A stretch of 64,000 bases of DNA from Candidatus Eiseniibacteriota bacterium (GTDB lineage Bacteria; Eisenbacteria; RBG-16-71-46; CAZAMP01), in assembly GCA_965224245.1 (NCBI GenBank), contig OZ245046.1, positions 4,288,001-4,352,000 of the forward strand, in the 5' to 3' direction. Positions within the stretch are counted from its first letter, which is position 1, and every line of letters starts with the position of its first letter. Positions 47,482 to 55,593 of this stretch are shown here, one piece after another. Position numbers and translations under genes: made by a program. The notes beneath the pieces are model-generated. The model was not told the DNA's origin and made no database searches. It worked only from the letters and a program-made list of their open reading frames with translations.

Positions 47482-48513
47482 TCACCCCGATCGCATCGAC
47501 TCCGTCGCCGGCAGGCGTGACATCCCCATCGCCTCGCGGCACTCGGCCACGGTCTCCCTGGCCAGCGCCCGCGCCTTCTCGGCGCCCGCGCGGAACACGT
47601 CCTCCACCCGATCCGGATCGGCCGAAAGCGCCTCGTAGCGTTCGCGCGCCGGGCCCAGACGCTCCATTATCTTCTCGTAGAGGAGCTTCTTCGCCTCGCC
47701 GTAGCCCATGCCGCCGGCGCGGTAGCGCGCGGCCAGCGCCTCCTTGTCCTCGGGGTCGAAGAGCTTGTAGAGCGAGAAGACGTTGCACCGGTCCGGGTCC
47801 TTCGGCGCCTCCACCGGGGTGGAGTCGGTGACGATGGACATGACCTTCTTCCGGATCGACTTCCGGGGCTCGAAGAGCATGATCGAGTTGTCGTAGCTCT
47901 TTGACATCTTGCGGCCGTCGAGGCCGATCACCACGGCCGTCTCCTCCTGGATGTACGGCTCGGGCAGCGTCAGGATGTCGCCGTAGTAGCGGTTGAACCG
48001 CTGGGCCACGTCTCGGGCGATCTCGATGTGCTGCTTCTGGTCCTTGCCCACCGGCACGAGGTGGCTCTTGTAGATCAAGATGTCGGCCGCCTGCAGGACG
48101 GGATAGTCGAACAGACCGACGTTCACCTCGGTGGCGCTCGCCTTCGCGTCCTTGAACGCGTGCGCGCGATCGAGGAGCCCGAACGGCGTGGAGCAGTTCA
48201 GGAGCCACGTCAGCTCGCACACCTCGGGCACGTCGCTCTGGCGGAAGATCACCGAGCGTTCCGGATCCAGCCCCACCGCGAGGAGCTCGCGCATGAGCGT
48301 CTCGGTCCGCCGCCGCAGCGCCTCGCCGTCGAAGACCGACGTCAGCGCGTGGTAGTCGGCGATGAAGAAGTACGCGTCGTGACTCTCCTGGAGGTCCAGC
48401 CACTGGACGAACGCACCGAAGTAGTTCCCGATGTGGGCGCCGTCGCCCGAGGGCTTGATGCCCGAGAGGATGCGCTTCCGGGTGGGTTCTCCGCCGGTGG
48501 ATGGTCCCGACAT
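47482..48513 (-). CDS. trpS: Tryptophanyl-tRNA synthetase
   Basis: SD AAGGAG. ILSGIKPSG..HIGNY.GA, ADYHALT, YPVLQAADIL, VPVGKDQKQH.E, KMSKSY.N. Confidence 0.97.
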   Translation of the reverse strand: MSGPSTGGEPTRKRILSGIKPSGDGAHIGNYFGAFVQWLDLQESHDAYFFIADYHALTSVFDGEALRRRTETLMRELLAVGLDPERSVIFRQSDVPEVCELTWLLNCSTPFGLLDRAHAFKDAKASATEVNVGLFDYPVLQAADILIYKSHLVPVGKDQKQHIEIARDVAQRFNRYYGDILTLPEPYIQEETAVVIGLDGRKMSKSYDNSIMLFEPRKSIRKKVMSIVTDSTPVEAPKDPDRCNVFSLYKLFDPEDKEALAARYRAGGMGYGEAKKLLYEKIMERLGPARERYEALSADPDRVEDVFRAGAEKARALARETVAECREAMGMSRLPATESMRSG

Positions 48514-48740
48514 GCACGACTCCTTGCTCACCTGGAGGGTTCGCTCGCGACGGCGAACCGGCCGGGATGCCGGCACCGCCCACGCGAGGGTCGACCAGTC
48601 TATCAGAACGCCTGCGCGTCGTGCCCGGGTTCGGAGCGGCGGGTTCGCGGCGCCGGGGCGCGCGGAACGACGGCGAGATGCCGCCGCCCACCGGGGGGTT
48701 GCACCGGCAGACGGCGGCGATGCCCCGGGAGGGGCGTGGG

Positions 48741-50354
48741 TCAGGCCGGATCGGCGTCGGTCGTGGCCACCGACGTCGAGTGCCCGTCCGCTCGGACCCC
48801 GTTCGTGGGCGCCTCGTCCCGGGCCGGGTCCGGCGATGCCGTTCCCAGGTACTCGGGGAGCTCGACGCCTGCCATGCGCGCCACCTCGTGCAGCGGGGGC
48901 AGCGTGCGGATCATGTTCGACAGGAAGTTCGACGTGGAGGTTCCGTCGCCGTTGGCGGCGCCGGAGTCCCAGACCGTGATCTTGTCGATGCGGAGGTTCT
49001 TCACCGCGTCGACCTGCTTGGCCACGATCTCTTCCAGCTTCTCGACCATCAGGAGCGTGGCCGCCGCGCGGGCGTCGTTGCCGCAGCTCTCGACGAGCGC
49101 GCGATACCCCTCGGCCTTGCTGTCGAGCACCTGCCGGACACCGGCGGCCTCGGCCTCGTACTTGAGCAGCGTCGCGTCCGCCGCGCCGCGGGCGGTCTCG
49201 CGCTGGCGCGCGGCCTCGGCCTGTGCGGCCAGCTCGACCTTGATCTTGTCGGTCTCGGCCCTGGCGACCTCGACGGCCTTCAGGCGCTCGGTCTCGGCCG
49301 CATACTCGGCGCGCTGGATCGCGAGCTCGGCCTGCCGTCGCGCCACCTCACCGGCCTGGTGCGCCTCGGCCTCTTGCTTGGCCAGCTCGGCGTTCGACGC
49401 GGCGATGCGCCCCTTGGACTCGTTCTCTCCCTGGATCGCCATCGCTTCCTGGTCCTGGACGAAGACGCGGCGATCGGCGTCGGCCTTCTTCCGTCCCTTG
49501 TCCGCCTCGGCCTCGTTCTGAGCGACGTTGACGTCCTTGTCGCGCAGCGCCTCGGCCTCGCCGATGGCGGCCGAGGTCTCCTGCTGCTGGACGAAGATGC
49601 GACGGTCGGCGTCGGCCTTCTTTTGTCCCTTGTCCGCCTCGGCCTGGTGCTCGGCCACGCGGATGGCGCGCTCGCGGTTGGCCTCGGCCTGGCCGATGGC
49701 GCCGAGCTTCTCCTGCTCGGCCACGTCGATCATGGCCCGGTTCGTCGCCTCCGAGGCGGCCTTCTTGCCGATGGACTCGATGTAGTCCGACTCGTCGGTG
49801 ATGTCGGTGATGTTCACGTTGATCAGGTTGAGACCGATCTTGTTCAGCTCGGGCTCGACGTTGGAGCGGATCGCACCCAGGAAGCTGTCCCGGTCCTGGT
49901 TGATCTGCTCGATCGTCAGTGACGCCACCGTCAGGCGTAGCTGGCCGAAGATGATCTCCTTGGCCATCTCCTCGATCTCCCTGGGGGGCAGCCCCAGGAG
50001 ACGCTCGGCCGCGTTGTTCATGATCTCCGGACGTGTCCCGACGCCCACGGTGAACGTGCTCGGGACGTTGATGCGGATGTTCTGCTTGGAGAGGGCCTTC
50101 GAGAGCGGAATGCTGATCGTCATCGGGATCAGGCTCAGGAACTCCGAAGCCTGGATGAGCGGCCACACCATGGTGCCGCCGCCGTGGATGCACTTCGCCG
50201 ACTGCCCGGTGCCCACCTTGCCGTAGACCACCAGCACGCTGTCCGACGGGCATCGCTTGTAGCGCGACGCCAGGAACACCGTGAACAGAAAGACGATCGC
50301 GATGAACGCGATGAACGCGATCACGAACGCCACGTTGCCGGTTGAGAAATCCAT
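48741..50354 (-). CDS. Flotillin/SPFH domain protein
   Basis: N-terminal TM, RYKRCPSD..LVVYGK, NAAERLLGL, GQLRL, KIGL.LINVNI.DI.D, Ala/Glu-rich coiled coil, IDKITVWD. Confidence 0.93.
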   Translation of the reverse strand: MDFSTGNVAFVIAFIAFIAIVFLFTVFLASRYKRCPSDSVLVVYGKVGTGQSAKCIHGGGTMVWPLIQASEFLSLIPMTISIPLSKALSKQNIRINVPSTFTVGVGTRPEIMNNAAERLLGLPPREIEEMAKEIIFGQLRLTVASLTIEQINQDRDSFLGAIRSNVEPELNKIGLNLINVNITDITDESDYIESIGKKAASEATNRAMIDVAEQEKLGAIGQAEANRERAIRVAEHQAEADKGQKKADADRRIFVQQQETSAAIGEAEALRDKDVNVAQNEAEADKGRKKADADRRVFVQDQEAMAIQGENESKGRIAASNAELAKQEAEAHQAGEVARRQAELAIQRAEYAAETERLKAVEVARAETDKIKVELAAQAEAARQRETARGAADATLLKYEAEAAGVRQVLDSKAEGYRALVESCGNDARAAATLLMVEKLEEIVAKQVDAVKNLRIDKITVWDSGAANGDGTSTSNFLSNMIRTLPPLHEVARMAGVELPEYLGTASPDPARDEAPTNGVRADGHSTSVATTDADPA

Positions 50355-50987
50355 CTATGCCTCCTCATGCTCGACGGCGCCCGGCACCGGGTCGACGACG
50401 AGGACGTCGTGCTCGGCGACGTTCGTGACGAACACGCGCGACCCGGTGGGGAGCGTCTTCGAGGACTCGCTCATCGCGTCGAACACGCGAAAGCGATCCG
50501 CCACCGTCAGCTGGACCTTGCCGGTTCCCCCTCTGGGGATGGCCAGATACACCTCGGCCTCCTGGCCGAGCGCCGCGTGCACGTCGATGTTTCCGCTGGA
50601 CTGAAGCCCCAGCATGACGCGGAACACCTTCGAGATCGTCCACATCGTCATCGCGCCGGCGGCGCACCCGGCCGCGATCGCCACGAGGGTCGGCAACGGG
50701 GTCGCCCGTTCGACGGCGAATCCCACGAGGCCGAACATCGTGGCGAACGCGCTCAGTCCCTGCAGCGACAGCGCGCGGAAGTCGGCGTCGGCGTCGGCGT
50801 TGGAGCTCAGGTCGGGATCGAGGTCGGTGTCGAAGGTGGCGTCGAAGCCGCTATCGGCGTCGGTGTCGACGTCGGTGTCGGCGCCGAGGAACTGCAGCAG
50901 GAAGTAGACCGCGAGCACGATGCCGCCGATGATCGCCGATCCCAGGAACACCTGCTCGATCGGGGCGAGAGCACTGAACCAGGTCAT
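50355..50987 (-). CDS. NfeD-like flotillin partner (TM + OB fold)
   Basis: SD AAGGAGG. TM segments with an Asp-rich loop. G..AEVYL.IP..G.GKVQ...DA.S...LP.G..V.V. Abuts the flotillin start. Confidence 0.85.
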   Translation of the reverse strand: MTWFSALAPIEQVFLGSAIIGGIVLAVYFLLQFLGADTDVDTDADSGFDATFDTDLDPDLSSNADADADFRALSLQGLSAFATMFGLVGFAVERATPLPTLVAIAAGCAAGAMTMWTISKVFRVMLGLQSSGNIDVHAALGQEAEVYLAIPRGGTGKVQLTVADRFRVFDAMSESSKTLPTGSRVFVTNVAEHDVLVVDPVPGAVEHEEA

Positions 50988-51205
50988 GGCGACCTCCTTC
51001 GCGTGCGTGGGCGCACCTGATCGCGTCCGTTCGCATTGTCGTCGCTGCCAATACTCACTACAAGCAATGCGACCGGAATATTCGAACAGACGGGGCGACG
51101 GCTTCGCCGGTTGCGAAACCGGATCGATGGCGTCCCACACTGGCACCGGGACCGTCGACGTGCGACGCTTCGCTGCAACGAATCCTTTCGCGTGGGGGAC
51201 GGAGT

Positions 51206-51898
51206 GTGACGCTCGGCTCGTATGTGGGACTCGGCGTTGGACTTGGAATCGCGGCCGGCGTGAGCCCGGGACCGCTGCTGACGCTCGTGGTGAGCGCGTC
51301 GCTTGCCCGCGGCCTGCCCGCCGGGGCTCGGATCGCGGTCGCGCCCCTCCTCACCGACGTCCCGATCGTGCTCGTCTGCCTGACCGTGCTCGACCGGTTG
51401 CCCGCCCGCACCCTCGCCGTGATCTCCATCCTGGGCGCGGTCTACGTGTTGATCCTCGGTATCATGACGCTCGTGAGCGCGCGAACGGCCTCACTCGGCG
51501 CGGAGGTCACGCCCGTGAGCGAGGGTCGCGCCGGCGACGTGTGGCGGGGCGTCCTGGCCAACCTCCTGAACCCGCATCCGTGGATCGCCTGGATCTCGGT
51601 CATGGGACCGGTCGTGGTGCGAGGGTTCGACCAGGCCCCGATCAACGCCATCGTGTTCGTCGGGCTCTTCTACGTCCTCCTCGTCGGATCCAAGCTCGCA
51701 ATCGCCGCGCTCGTGGCGCGTGGACGACACCTGATGTCGGAACGGGTTCATCGTCGTGTGCTGGCGGCGACCGGGCTCGTGCTCATCGTCCTGTCCGGGC
51801 TCCTCGCGCGAGACGCTTTCCACCTCTGGTCCGCGCCGGTCGGGCTCTATACTCACCCGACGTCATCGAGAGTCGTGGTCGGCGAGGGGATCTCGTGA
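51206..51898 (+). CDS. LysE family exporter
   Basis: G.AAG.SPGP...LV...SL.RG..AG, G...NLLNPHP...W. Confidence 0.88.
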   Translation: MTLGSYVGLGVGLGIAAGVSPGPLLTLVVSASLARGLPAGARIAVAPLLTDVPIVLVCLTVLDRLPARTLAVISILGAVYVLILGIMTLVSARTASLGAEVTPVSEGRAGDVWRGVLANLLNPHPWIAWISVMGPVVVRGFDQAPINAIVFVGLFYVLLVGSKLAIAALVARGRHLMSERVHRRVLAATGLVLIVLSGLLARDAFHLWSAPVGLYTHPTSSRVVVGEGIS

Positions 51899-52037
51899 GA
51901 CGGCGCATCCCGCGCGCCTCGCGGCCGCACGTCGCCGGCCGCGGGTGCGCGAGAAGGACCGATCGCGTCCCGAGCGCCGGGGTCGGCACCGAGAAGCTCG
52001 CGCAAGGCAACCACTCCGGCCGGTCGACGAGGACGAC

Positions 52038-54299
52038 ATGACGCTGATGTCCCGGTACACGCACTGGCTTCACACCCGCTGGCCGGCGGGAACGGTGGAG
52101 AAGCTCCCCGACGTCGGCGACGACGGACGGACGAGTATCCCCGGTGTCCGGATCGTCGGTGATCTCACCGGCATTCCGCTCCTGAAGTTCTCGGTTCACA
52201 CCGGGGCACGCGCGGTGAAGGCGATCATGGCCGAGTCGGACTTCCGCCCGTCGAGGGATCCGTCCGATCCGATCGTCGACCTGGCCATCATCGGCGCCGG
52301 CGTCTCGGGCATGTCGGCGGCGCTGGAGGCACGCAAGCACGGGCTGGCCACGATCGTCTACGAGGCCGTCGAGCCGTTCACGACAATCGCGAACTTCCCG
52401 AAGGCCAAGCCCATCTTCACGTATCCCACCGAGATGGTGCCCGAGGGCGATCTGACGGTCACCGCGGACGTCAAGGAGGCTCTCCTCGAGGAGCTGGACG
52501 AGCAGCGCGCGAAGGCGGGCATCGAGCCCGTGCATGCGCGTGTACAGATCCTCTCGGCGAACGGCCAGCATCTCGAGCTGAAGCTCGCCGACGGACACCT
52601 CCGCAAGGCGCGCCGGGTGATCGTCGCGATCGGGCGCACCGGTAACTACCGGAAGCTCGGCGTGCCCGGTGAGAAGCTGGACAAGGTCTACAACCGCCTC
52701 TACGACCCGATGGAGTTCGCCGAACGCGACGTGCTCGTGGTGGGCGGCGGCGACTCGGCTCTGGAGGCCGCGATCGCGCTGGTGTGCACGGGCGCCAACG
52801 TGACGCTCAGCTATCGAAAGCCCGAGTTCTCGCGACCCAAGCCCGCGAACCTCGAGAAGATCCGCGCGCTCCAGAGCGACCCCGCGAGCGACGTCGGCGT
52901 CGAGAGCCCGGCCTCGGAGCGAGTCACCACGGCGGCCTTCTCGTCGATGCGCGGATCGGGCGCGCCGGGCTCGTTGCGACTGGAGATGGCGTCCGAGGTC
53001 GAGAGCATCTCCGAGGACGCGGTCGAGCTCCGCACGTCCGACGGTACCTCGGAGCGGATCCCGAACGACGTCGTGTTCGCGATGATCGGTCGCGAGGCGC
53101 CGCTCGACTTCTTCCGCAGGGCCGGAATCCGTCTGCGCGGCGAGCTCACGCCGGCGGACTGGCTGAAGCTCGGTGGGTTCTTCGCGCTGATGCTGGTCCT
53201 GTACCTGTGGAAGTCCTGGTGGATCGGCGCCACAGACCTCTTCCGCGTGGTGCCCTCGTTCGGCGACCCCGTGTTGCGCGAGGTGATCGGCCGCGCCAGC
53301 GCCGATCCCTCCGCGTGGTTCACCCTGGCGTACTCGGTCGTCATCGTCGTGTTCGGGATCGCGCGGATCCGGCGGCGGCGCACGCCGTACGTCACGCTGC
53401 AGACGGTGACGCTGATGGCGATCCAGGTCGTCCCGCTCTTCCTGTTGCCGGTGCTGGTGCTGCCCTACCTGCACGGGATCGGCGCGCTCCCGGCGTGGAT
53501 CACCGACACGTTCTTCCCGGGCGAGTCCTGGTGGCGGGCCTACGGGCTGATCCTGGCCTGGCCGCTCTTCCTGTGGAACCTGGCCACGCCCGAGCCCGTC
53601 TGGGGCTGGCTCGTGCTCGGGCTCGCGCAGACGTTCGTGCTGATCCCGATCCTGGTCCACCGCTGGGGCAAGGGCGCGTACTGCGGATGGATCTGCAGCT
53701 GCGGCGCGATGGCCGAGACCCTGGGTGACACGCACCGACACAAGATGTGGCACGGCCCGCTCGCCAACCGGTGGAACATGACCGGTCAAGTGATTCTGGT
53801 CGTGGCCACGCTGGTCACCGTCCTGTTCGTCCTGACCTGGAGTCCGTCGTTGCACGGGCCCCTCGCCGGTCTCACGAAGGGCGCGGGTACGTTCTACAAG
53901 GCGGTCGTGGACGTGTTTCTGGCCGGCGCGTTCGGCCTCGGCGTCTACTTCTGGTTCTCGGGGCGCGTGTGGTGCCGGTTCGCGTGCCCGCTGGCGGCGC
54001 TGATGCACGTGTACGCGCGCTTCTCGCGTTTCCGGATCTTCTCGGACAAGAAGAAGTGCATCTCCTGCAACGTCTGCACGTCGGTGTGTCATCAGGGCAT
54101 CGACGTCATGAACGTCGCCAACAAGGGGCTTCCGATGGAGGACCCCCAGTGCGTGCGGTGCTCGGCCTGCGTACAGAGCTGTCCCACCGGCGTGCTGAGC
54201 TTCGGGCGCATCGGGTCGGACGGGCGACCGGTGCTGGATCGGCTCGCGGCCTCTCCGGTTCGCATGGCCGAGCGATCCCCCGCCGACGACGCGAGCTGA
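52038..54299 (+). CDS. YpdA/TrxB-like FAD/NAD(P)H oxidoreductase fused to NapH-like membrane polyferredoxin
   Basis: IIGAGVSG, AIGRTG..RKLGVPGE, VVGGGDSA.EAA. About 8 TM segments. YCGWICSCG, WCRFACP, CISCNVC...C, CVRCSAC...CP. Confidence 0.88.
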   Translation: MTLMSRYTHWLHTRWPAGTVEKLPDVGDDGRTSIPGVRIVGDLTGIPLLKFSVHTGARAVKAIMAESDFRPSRDPSDPIVDLAIIGAGVSGMSAALEARKHGLATIVYEAVEPFTTIANFPKAKPIFTYPTEMVPEGDLTVTADVKEALLEELDEQRAKAGIEPVHARVQILSANGQHLELKLADGHLRKARRVIVAIGRTGNYRKLGVPGEKLDKVYNRLYDPMEFAERDVLVVGGGDSALEAAIALVCTGANVTLSYRKPEFSRPKPANLEKIRALQSDPASDVGVESPASERVTTAAFSSMRGSGAPGSLRLEMASEVESISEDAVELRTSDGTSERIPNDVVFAMIGREAPLDFFRRAGIRLRGELTPADWLKLGGFFALMLVLYLWKSWWIGATDLFRVVPSFGDPVLREVIGRASADPSAWFTLAYSVVIVVFGIARIRRRRTPYVTLQTVTLMAIQVVPLFLLPVLVLPYLHGIGALPAWITDTFFPGESWWRAYGLILAWPLFLWNLATPEPVWGWLVLGLAQTFVLIPILVHRWGKGAYCGWICSCGAMAETLGDTHRHKMWHGPLANRWNMTGQVILVVATLVTVLFVLTWSPSLHGPLAGLTKGAGTFYKAVVDVFLAGAFGLGVYFWFSGRVWCRFACPLAALMHVYARFSRFRIFSDKKKCISCNVCTSVCHQGIDVMNVANKGLPMEDPQCVRCSACVQSCPTGVLSFGRIGSDGRPVLDRLAASPVRMAERSPADDAS

Positions 54300-54536
54300 C
54301 GGCCGGGGCGATCGCCGCGGAGACGTCTCGACGAGACGGTCGAACTCGCGCCCCATCGACGCGGAGACCGGCGCTCCCTCGAGTACACCCAATCGACTAC
54401 TGGACATAGACTTGGAGGATGGACGGAGTCGCGTGATCACGCATGGCGCGCCCCTTGCAAAACCGGTTGAGTCGTCTCGCCCGATGCCGCGTCGTCAACA
54501 GGACGCGCCCGGACTCTCATCGGGAGGTTTGTTCCA

Positions 54537-54860
54537 ATGTGTAAACGTGTTCTGCGTGGAGCGGTCGCATCGATTGGCATCATGCTCGTCACGCTCACGG
54601 CCGCGCCCGGCGCGACGGCCTGCGATCTGAACTGCCCGGCCGGCGACGGCGGTCCGACCGGCGCGGGTGCCGGTGACAAGAGCCCGGATCTCAACCAGGA
54701 CGGTGCGGTGAACCTGTCCGACATCGTGCTCTTTCAGCAGATGTTCCTGACCACGTCCTACTGCGCGGACTTCGACTGCGACGGGATCGTCACGCTGACC
54801 GACTACGTGATGTTCGCGCTTCACTACGGTCACAGTGGCGTGCCCGGCCAGTGCATCTAG
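54537..54860 (+). CDS. Small secreted dockerin/EF-hand-like protein
   Basis: SD GGGAGG. Signal peptide. Paired Ca-binding loops DLNQDGAVNLSD and DFDCDGIVTLTD. Confidence 0.75.
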   Translation: MCKRVLRGAVASIGIMLVTLTAAPGATACDLNCPAGDGGPTGAGAGDKSPDLNQDGAVNLSDIVLFQQMFLTTSYCADFDCDGIVTLTDYVMFALHYGHSGVPGQCI

Positions 54861-55007
54861 CCGGCACCCACCCGAACCGGGGGGCGCTGGAGCATCGGCT
54901 CCGGTGCCCTCCAGCGACTCCATGACGCTCGCGCGATTCCCGGCTCTCGTGTCAGAATGCGGGCTCCGCGTCCGGAGGCCAGCACGAGGATCGGAGGACC
55001 GCCGCGG

Positions 55008-55571
55008 ATGTCGAAGCCGACCGACGTCACGACCCTGTTGATCTCGATCCGAGAGGGTGCACCGCGGGCCCTCGAGGAGCTCTTCGATCTGGTCTATCCC
55101 GAGCTTCGACGCGTGGCCCATCGCGAGCGGGCACGAGGTCCCGGGGCGACGATGAACACGACCGCCGTGGTCCACGAGGCCTACCTGAAGCTGGTCGGGG
55201 CGGCCCATCTGGAGATCCGCGACCGCGCCCACTTCTTCGCGGTGGCGGCCACCGCGATGCGGCAGCTCCTGGTGGATCAAGCCCGCCGGAAGCTCGCACA
55301 GAAGCGAGGCGGCGGCGCGCCGGTGCTCGAACTCGATTCGCGGGCCCTGTCGGTCGACGATCCGGGAGCGGTCATGATCGACCTCGACCGTGCCCTGGAT
55401 CGGCTCCGGGAGCTGAACGAACGGCTCGTCGACGTCGTGAGCCTGCGCTTCTTCGCCGGTCTCGAGGAGCGCGAGGTAGGCGAGCTCCTGGGGGTGAACG
55501 AACGCACGGTTCGTCGCGACTGGCGAAAGGCCCGGGCTTTCCTGTACCACGAGCTCTACGGGTCGGGATGA
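55008..55571 (+). CDS. ECF sigma factor (TIGR02999-like, kinase-associated)
   Basis: SD GGAGGA. DVT.LL, VY.ELRR.A, TTAVVHEAYLKL, RAHFF..AA.AMRQ.LVD.AR, LRFFAGL, RTV.RDW..ARA.L. Confidence 0.93.
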   Translation: MSKPTDVTTLLISIREGAPRALEELFDLVYPELRRVAHRERARGPGATMNTTAVVHEAYLKLVGAAHLEIRDRAHFFAVAATAMRQLLVDQARRKLAQKRGGGAPVLELDSRALSVDDPGAVMIDLDRALDRLRELNERLVDVVSLRFFAGLEEREVGELLGVNERTVRRDWRKARAFLYHELYGSG

Positions 55572-55593
55572 CTACCCGGACGGAGCGCCCCAC

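Noticed and set aside
49440-49700. Internal ~42-aa duplication in flotillin (AEADKG.KKADADRR.FVQ.QE twice)
   Set aside because: Real, but repeat expansion of the coiled-coil region is ordinary for flotillins.
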